Part shown: positions 23,129-30,737 of the stretch, piece by piece
Layout of the letters: every line of letters begins with the position of its first letter
Numbering within the stretch: the first letter of the stretch is position 1
Source of the DNA: Octopus sinensis
Taxonomy: Eukaryota
Reading direction: 5' to 3'
Length of the DNA: 30,737 bases
Assembly (NCBI RefSeq): GCF_006345805.1
Contig: NW_021834107.1
Span: forward strand, 1 to 30,737
Made by a program: the position numbers and the translations under genes
The notes under the pieces: model-generated
Seen by the model: the letters and a program-made list of their open reading frames with translations, nothing else
Told to the model about the DNA's origin: nothing
Database searches by the model: none

Positions 23129-23708
23129 GCATGTATGCATGTGTAGTATTCAGATGAAGCCCTTCTGTTTCACCAGTTTCATGTAAGCCACGTCGGAATG
23201 AATACGTGTTTAGTTATGGAAGGAGAGAAGATTTTAAACTCTTGGTGTTATATTCGCTTCTTTTTTCTTTTTCTTTTCCCCTATTTCTCTTTTTTTTTTT
23301 TCCGTTTCTTATTTCTTTTTCTTTTCCCCTATTTCTCTTTTTCCGTTTCTTATTTCTTTCTTTCTTCCTTTCTTTCTCTCTCTCTCTTTTTTTTTTCTCT
23401 ACTTGTGATTGTCACTAAACAGATTTAGTAGAGTTGGATGGAGTTGTTCAGTCAAAGAAATTTTTCTCAAATCAACTATTTATAAAGATGTTTGGAAGAG
23501 GAATCGTCCAAAGAATTACTTTCTGTTAATCTTAAATCCTTAATAGTCTTCAGAAATGTAAGATTATGTGTCTTTATGTCATTCGCTCTGTACTGTTGTT
23601 ATGGAAGAGATATACATTAGAATGTCTATTTCTTTCTATATTTCATTGCATCCACATATATCCATACACATGTCGATATATATAAATATCTGAACTTATA
23701 TTGCACAC

Positions 23709-23743
<35 letters not shown>

Positions 23744-23744
23744 A

Positions 23745-23857
<113 letters not shown>

Positions 23858-24883
23858 ATTTATATATGGAAGTATATACGCAAATACACAAATATTAGTG
23901 TGTCTATAATACGTCTGCTTTAAATACAAATATTATAGCCTTATTTTTTTACCACATTCAATTTTATTATTACTACTACTACTACTATTATTATTATTAT
24001 TATTATTATTTTCATTTTTTTATTGTCATTTTTTTTCATATTTTATTCGTTGTTGTTTTTTTTGTTTTTTTTTGTTATTTGTTTATTTATTGGATGATAT
24101 GAGCCAAAATGCTTGTTGATCGAAATCTGCAGAACTAATCTACTGCAACAACTTGTTCCTTATTCCTTTCACTTCTCGTAATCTTCTCTGTCAATTTATA
24201 TTACGTTGACTGCGATGATTGTCAGCCCTAAAGACATGAAACTCCATCTTTTTTTCTTTACTTCTGATTTTTTTTTTTTTTTTGATAAATAGTTGTTTCT
24301 GTTCTTGGTGAAAATAGTGATAGTGAACAAAATGGTAGAAATGATATTGACGTTGATGATAGTGATTGCGTGGCAGCCACAGACTTGGGTGCTATTGCTG
24401 CCTTTGGTATTAATTTTAGTTTCAACATATTCAGTTTTTGTTTCCTCATATCTGATTATTAGTTTCTGTTCTCATTCGTCTTTTCCATTTTTCAAATTGT
24501 CATCACATTTATTGAAAATTGCATTTAAAGTATATCTTCTGCATTCTCTATCTTTTTTTTCTCGTTTCAGCCATTAGATTTCAGCTTTGGCTGGTGGGTC
24601 CATATACAGCCTTGAAGTGTTTTCGCTAAAGAAAATCGCTCCCCCATTACAGATATATTTTTAGATGTATGTTTATACACACACACACACACACATAAAC
24701 TCACACATGTATATATATATATATATATATATAGATATATATATACATATATAGTGAGTCGACAGTGATCCGTTGGTAGGAGAGGTGCAGCCGGAGGGCA
24801 AATGTCCAGTCGCCATGATAGATCGGTAGCCACTACACACATCTTTTTTTCTCTCCTTGTTTCTCTCCTTTTTTTTTCTGTCC

Positions 24884-24918
24884 CTTTCAGTAGAAGAGCG
24901 TAGGCTCCAAACGTAAAG
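24884..24918 (+). ncRNA. Decayed hammerhead-like motif in a (TA)n-flanked element (about 24753-25010)
   Basis: cttt-CAGTAGA-a-gagc(gtag)gctc-CAAA-cg-TA-aag. Stems I, II and palindromic III (ACGT) are retained, but three core bases deviate. Confidence 0.35.
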
Positions 24919-25639
24919 TCTTTTTCAATTCCCAAGCGTTATACTAATACATCTGCTTGTTTTGTACACCACCTGTCTTCGTCTTTTGTTTTTTTCGTGA
25001 ACTCTCCCTATATATATAGATATATAATATATATATATAAATTCAGGGTGAATATTTGATAAGTGTAAGCATCTGTATATGCCAGCTAGTAGCAGAGGTG
25101 AGAGCTTTAAAAAAAAACCATCTGTTATGTCGATTATACATTGATGTAAGAATAGGTTGTTGTATAAAGCTTGAAACACGTGTACCGCGACATCCTTTGT
25201 GTTCTGTTTTTTATTTCATTTGATTATAGATATATATATGTGGGTTGACAAGGTAACAAATGGTTCCATGTGAAGAGTAGCAGTTCCAGGTGGCATGCTT
25301 GAACATTTGTAAAGAACTCTTCACATGAAACCATTGGTAGTCTTGTTAACTCATAAATACAAAATAGTTATCCATCAATGCTGTGCTCAGCACTCACGTT
25401 TACTGTTTGATATTAGCATATACACATCGAAGCGTGTGTGTGCGTTTGTGTGCATAGACTATGCATGCAACAGAAGCAGCTCTACATTAAAATCATTATC
25501 TATATGGCATGCTTAATGTATGCTTAACACAGAAATATTTGAAGTTATTCTGGTCTCTCTGGGAACAGATACTTTTCTAGAGGTAATATGTCAAAATCAG
25601 AAAACATACTTAAGAACTAGACGAAATGATATCATCTCT

Positions 25640-25720
25640 GAATCAATCGCGAGAGTGAGAGATGCGCACTTCGCCATTTTTTACTGCTTATCATTGTCAC
25701 GTACTTGAGTCACTTCCGAC
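25640..25720 (-). promoter_or_regulatory. Candidate TATA-less Pol II promoter / first-exon region
   Basis: Within 75 bp: TCGCGAGA (25647), TGCGCA (25663), YY1-type CGCCATTTT (25672), GTCACGT (25696), TGAGTCA (25706) and ETS-type CACTTCCG (25711). Confidence 0.35.
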
Positions 25721-26332
25721 ATAAAGTTGTCTCGGCCAGTCTTTAGGTTAACATTTTCAGGGAAGATTATTCTCAGTTCGGTGTAGTATCTAAATTTATT
25801 TTACTAGTAATCTATCTTTTGTAAGTTATTCATATTCTGAACTTCATTGATTTAGTGCCATTTTAATTTTTCAGAAATTAATGGCCCCCAAAATTGCATA
25901 ATTTTGTCTTTTAACCGTTTAATTTTCACAAAATGGTGTATTGTAATTCATTCTCGTTCTCTCAAATTTCTTCGATTATTATCTTTCTTTTAGGAGAGAT
26001 TTCGTTGTCGTTTCCATGAAATTATTCTTCCACATTGTTTTCTTCGTTTTATGCTGAGTTTTCTTTTTCTGTGATAATTTTATTTCTTTATTCTACTTTG
26101 CATTTTAACCGATACTTTGGAAATTTTTTCAGCTTATTATTAGATGCACATCCCTCTCCATATGCATGATTAAGAAGCGAACTCGTCACTCCAGTAGGGA
26201 TTACTGAGTGTTGCTGTACAAGAGGCTCAGCCTTATATATACACAACTAATTTCTTTATAAGCTGGTATATTAACTACATCTGGGATGAGAGGGAGTGGA
26301 ATTTCATTTACAACAAAATTTTTAATTTGATA

Positions 26333-26730
26333 GCGCAGGTATGGCTGTGCGGTAAGAAATACACTTCCCAACAACATGATTCGGAGTTCAGTCCCACCGT
26401 GTGGCACATTGGGCAAGTGTCTTCTACTATAGCCTCGGGCTAACTAAAGTCTTGTGAGCGGATTTGATAGACGGAAACTGAAAGAAACCCGTCGTAAATA
26501 TATATATATTTATATAATATATATACTTGTATGTATATATTTGTGTATTTGTGCCTGCGTATTTGTCCCCCCACCATCACTTAGCAACCGATGTTAGTGA
26601 GATTACATCCTCGTAGTCTAGCAGTTCGCCAAAAAAGACTTATAGAAGAAGTACCAGGCTTACACAGAATAAGTCCACCGATCGATATCTTCGACTAAAA
26701 GGCGTTGCCGCAATCAAAATGAAATAAGAA
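26333..26730 (+). mobile_element. SINE family A, full length, diverged
   Basis: Collinear with 4008-4423, with a deletion in the tail. Confidence 0.85.
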
Positions 26731-26759
26731 CAAGACCAAGAACAAGAATAATAATAGAA

Positions 26760-26878
26760 CTTCTTGGCATCCGTCAATCTTGAGAGATCATGAAGTTTGC
26801 GCTCTAAGAGGGTGTCCAGGAACAGCGACGGGTATGGCTTGTTAGAACGATGCGGGCGAGGCAGTCTCTTCCACAAGG
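26760..26878 (-). mobile_element. RTE-clade LINE extreme 3' end
   Basis: [19 protein letters not shown]-type C-terminal Zn-finger remnant, then a stop, a short 3' UTR ending gattgacggatgcc, and a simple-repeat tail. Confidence 0.72.
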
Positions 26879-26926
26879 AATGTATGTATGTATGTATGTA
26901 TGTATGTATGTATATATATATATATG

Positions 26927-26962
<36 letters not shown>

Positions 26963-27021
26963 CATACATACATACATACATACATACATACACTTTATTA
27001 TTAAAGCTGCAGAAACATCAC

Positions 27022-27096
27022 AAAAATCTGTTACTCAGAGTTTCACATTCCCGTCCATCGGACAGTTTTGGTTGAGGTCCGAAGAACGGGAATGTG
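27022..27096 (-). ncRNA. Hammerhead-like motif (27022-27069, -) plus an inverted partial copy (27077-27096, +)
   Basis: Minus strand: aaaactgt-CCGATGG-acg(ggaa)tgt-GAAA-ctc(t)gag-TA-acag. Plus strand: gt-CCGAAGA-acgggaatgt-g. Confidence 0.6.
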
Positions 27097-27137
27097 GTTG
27101 GTAAGCAAGCTACTTACCACACAGCCACTCCTGCGCC
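27092..27137 (-). mobile_element. SINE family A head fragment
   Basis: atgtggttggtaagcaagctacttaccacacagccactcctgcgcc. Confidence 0.85.
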
Positions 27138-27199
27138 TATATAGGTAGTTGTTAATTTAATTATGATAATTATTAAGATTGCTGCATTTAAAAAGTAAA

Positions 27200-27515
27200 G
27201 GTGCGTGGCTTAGTGGTTAGTGTATTCATAAGGTCGTGAGTTCAACACCTGACGGCTCATTGCACTCTTGAGCAAGGCACTTTATTTCACGTACCTTCAG
27301 TCCGCTCACTCAGCAGGCAAAAATGAGTAGTACCTGTAATTCAAAAGGGTCCGGCCTTGTCACACTCTGTGTCACGCTGAATCTCTCTGAGAGTTTATGC
27401 TAAGCGTACGTGAGTTTGTGGAGCGCTCAGCCACTTGCACGTTAATTTCACGAACAGGCTGTTCCGTTGATAGGATCAACCGGAACGCTCGTCGTCGTAA
27501 CTGACGGAGTACCAG
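27200..27515 (+). mobile_element. CORE-type tRNA SINE (OR2-like) with the family B tail
   Basis: Head gcgtggcttagtggttag, CORE-like cttgagcaaggcactt...ctcagcaggcaaaaatgagta, and a tail homologous to about 2700-2860. Confidence 0.8.
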
Positions 27516-27747
27516 TATATTTAAAACTTAAAATTTAAATGCTGCAAGAATTCCAAATAAAAAAAGAAATAGAACTGTGCAAACGTCTAATGTAATGTAA
27601 TCCACTTCTTGTTGCGCAATCTGGCGAGCCACCAGAGGATTTGATCGAGCGATTATTAATGAACAACCAAGATCATCATGTTTTTGTATTCTTTTAGAAG
27701 AGCAGTTTCTATCTTTATAAATGGCAGTAGGGGAAGTTAATAACATA

Positions 27748-28045
27748 TCTTTATATATAAAAGTGAAGTTGTGTGAGTGTCTGTCTCCTACGATTTAGAT
27801 TCCTAACTACTCCACATTTTGCGGTGCAGTTTAACCAAAACCGGTATCTTATAGTCGTGATTCATATCGAGCCTTCTGGTATTAGCGCGCGTCTAACAAT
27901 GAGTCAACGATTTAAAAAAAATTTACCATCATTTTTTTCCATTTTTAATGCATTTTTTTTGCATTTTTTTTGCTATAACTCTCTAAAAATGCTTATATAG
28001 TTTTTTCCCTTACAAAACCCGCGCAACGCCGGGCGATACTGCTAG
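27748..28045 (+). mobile_element. Non-autonomous Helitron, complete (298 bp)
   Basis: A|TCTTTATATATAAAAG start, hairpin cccgcgc-aac-gccggg, and CTAG|T end. Confidence 0.88.
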
Positions 28046-28914
28046 TTGTCTCATAATAGACTTGGTTTAAATTTTACGGTGGGCTAGTCTGCATAGCGTC
28101 ATGCATGGCTGTTTGGATCAGAATTTCCTTTTTCAATTGTCCTTCGATTCGTTCCCACTTCTTGGAAAACTGAACAATTGCTTCTTACATGAGTTTCGGA
28201 TCCAGGAACGTTTGTAAGTAAAATTTGCAACTCTAAAACTGTGCGGAAACATGTCGCATGTGTGTGTATGTGTATATGTGTGTGTGTTTGTGAGAGAGAG
28301 AGAGTAGAGGGAAGGAGTGTGTGTATGTCTGTCTGTCTTTGTGTCTGTGTGTCTGTCTTTGTGTCTGTGTGTCTGTCTTTGTGTCTGTGTGTCTGTGTAT
28401 GCGTACATTAGCAAAGAATGTAAACATCACCAAGAAAACCATAACACCGGTGCTCAGCGGAACAAGTCATCTGTTTTTGTAACTGTTTTACTCCGTGTTG
28501 CACGGATGGTATTCTGTCAGCCTCGCCATCCGGAATGCAGTACATCAGTATAGTTGACCTGTTGGGTCCCCATAACTATTACTTACAATTCCCAATTTAA
28601 AACAAACACGCAAACTAAATAGACACGTAGACAGGTTATTCTATCAATTCCCCTTTGAGTGTTGTATTTCCACGACCAAGCAAACGCAATCGGCATATAC
28701 AATATGCCAACCCGTCCTAGATAGATTTTTAAGACGACTAACTCAAAATTCATTTTATGATGATTCGCCTTAGATACATTTTATGAGGCTCATTTTTGGG
28801 ACATTATCTGAAACCCTGTATGAACCGCATAGAAACTCTATATGAAAGCTTACGCAAGGTGCATCATATGATGACTCGGCTTACAATATATGTTGACTAT
28901 ATATCATGACGTGA

Positions 28915-29160
28915 TGGCGAGTGGCTTAGTGGTTAGGGTGTCAGCATCATGATCGTAAGATTGTGGTTTCGTTTCCTGGACTGGGCGACGCGTTGTGTTC
29001 TTGAGCAAAACACTTCATTTCATGTTGCTCCAGTCCACTCAGCTGGCAAAAATGAGTAACGCTGCGATGGACTGACGTCTCGACCAGCTGGGGAACACAT
29101 ACGCCATTGAAACCGGGAAACCGGGCCCATGAGCCTGGCTAAGCTTTAAAAGGGCGCATC
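28915..29160 (+). mobile_element. CORE-type tRNA SINE with an alternative 3' tail
   Basis: Head and CORE-like region match 27200-27330. The tail (gctgcgatggactg...aaagggcgcatc) is unrelated to that of 27200. Confidence 0.8.
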
Positions 29161-29190
29161 TATTTTATTTTTATATATTATATTATATAT

Positions 29191-29422
29191 ATTTCTTTAC
29201 TACCCACAAGGGGCTAAACACAGAGAGTACAAACAAGGACAGACAAACGGATTAAGTCGATTATATCGAACCCAGTGCGTAACTGGTACGTATTTAATCG
29301 ACCCCGAAAGGATGAAAGGCAAAGTCGACCTCGGTGGAATTTGAACTCAGAACGTAGCGGCAGCCAAAATACTTCTAAGCATTTCGCACGGTGTGCTAAT
29401 GAATCTGCCACCTCGCCGCCTT
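29191..29422 (-). mobile_element. SINE family C, full length with probable 16-bp TSD
   Basis: Reverse complement of 18819-19050. atattatattatatat occurs at 29175-29190 and 29424-29439 (low complexity). Confidence 0.88.
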
Positions 29423-30239
29423 CATATTATATTATATATTATAATGTGATTCATCCAAGATACGTTATATAAAGACACTCTAAATACGTTATATGGAAAC
29501 TAGTTTCATTTTAAGAACATTAAAAATTAACGCTCGATTCATTACATAAAGACATTTTATAGATACGTTGTATGAAGACTCACTAAAGCTATCTCATGTA
29601 AAAGCTCAGTCTAGACACATTATATAAAGTTTCACCATACATTATATAAAGACCCACTCTAAATTATATGATGACTCACCACAGATACAAAATATAACTC
29701 ACGGCAGTCGCATTATATAAAGACTCACTAAACACTGTACATAAATACACACTGAAATTCAATTACACGATGACTCAATTTAGGTACGTCATACGAGGAC
29801 TCACATTGAATACAATATATGATGGTTTGCCTTGGATGCGGTATAGGAAAGTTCGGTATAGATACGTTATACAAAGTCTTGTTTAAGATGGCTCACTTAA
29901 TATACTTTATACAAGGACTTAAACGAGATAAGATATACGGTTCCAGCCTCCATGTAGCATAATCTGTGTCCAATGGGGACCCAGATAGTCAATGCTTGTA
30001 TGATTTTTTCTTTTTCTTTTTCTTATTACATTAAGATATACACTCATACAAATGTATATGTATACATAAACGCATACACACAGACACTCACACACATATA
30101 TATATGTTCACAAACACAGATATATATATTTATATAAATAAATAATATATATACACACACATATAATACATATATATAATTACACACACATACATACATA
30201 TAGACATGTATATATATATATATAATTATAATATATATA

Positions 30240-30273
<34 letters not shown>

Positions 30274-30284
30274 ATAATATATAT

Positions 30285-30329
<45 letters not shown>

Positions 30330-30369
30330 TATATTTACACATGTATATGTATACACACAAACATAAGTG

Positions 30370-30649
30370 GGCGCAGGAGTGGAGTGGTGTGTGTAAGTAG
30401 CTTCCTTACTAGCCACATAGTTACGGATGCAGTCCCACTGCGTGGCACCTTGGGCGAGTGATCTTTTATTTGTTTCAGTCAGTGACTACGGCCATGCTGG
30501 AGCACAACCTTTAGTCGAACAAATAGATCCTAGGACTTATTCTTTGCAAGTATAGTACTTATTTTACCGAAACGCTAAGTTACGGGTATGTAACTACACC
30601 AACATCTGTTGTCAAGTGATGGTGAGGGGACAAACACGACACACAAACA

Positions 30650-30655
<6 letters not shown>
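30370..30655. mobile_element. SINE family A chimera: head on + (30370-30460) fused to 3' half on - (30463-30655)
   Basis: Both parts match family A in opposite orientations. Confidence 0.8.
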
Positions 30656-30721
<66 letters not shown>

Positions 30722-30737
30722 ATATAATATATATATA

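Larger units (their letters stand above)
28715..29938. repeat. Old degenerate minisatellite with a period of about 26 bp, interrupted by two SINEs (28915-29439)
   Basis: Approximate consensus atatgatgactcaccttagatacgtt. Units are phased at 29765, 29791, 29817, 29843 and 29869, and similar units occur at about 28756 and 28867. Confidence 0.7.

Noticed and set aside
24258-24577. Short ORFs on both strands in non-repetitive-looking sequence
   Set aside because: No recognisable domain or splice support. It could be UTR or intron.

Overview
This is AT-rich, repeat-dominated eukaryotic DNA. The SINE families resemble cephalopod (Octopus-type) tRNA-derived SINEs, which is my recall rather than a database result. 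No intact protein-coding gene is evident. The window holds many SINE copies from several modular families, four Helitron pieces (one with a decayed PIF1-family helicase), decayed LINE fragments (L1/Tx1-like APE endonuclease, R4/Dong-like restriction-like endonuclease, CR1-group RT, RTE 3' end) and dense microsatellites. The most notable structure, at about 8310-12950 on the - strand, is a Neptune-type Penelope-like element. Its GIY-YIG endonuclease is missing at an inverted-repeat junction. Its 3' region carries about 32 near-identical 102-bp tandem units, followed immediately by a type I hammerhead ribozyme with a U3-A8 core variant. The whole element appears nested in the internal (TA)n tract of a SINE. 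Six further hammerhead-like motifs with different core variants (two of them copies of one family), plus one partial copy, lie elsewhere in the window, most next to microsatellites. There is weak evidence for a minus-strand spliced host transcript starting at a motif-dense promoter-like site near 25.7 kb. All structures were read by eye and nothing was computed.
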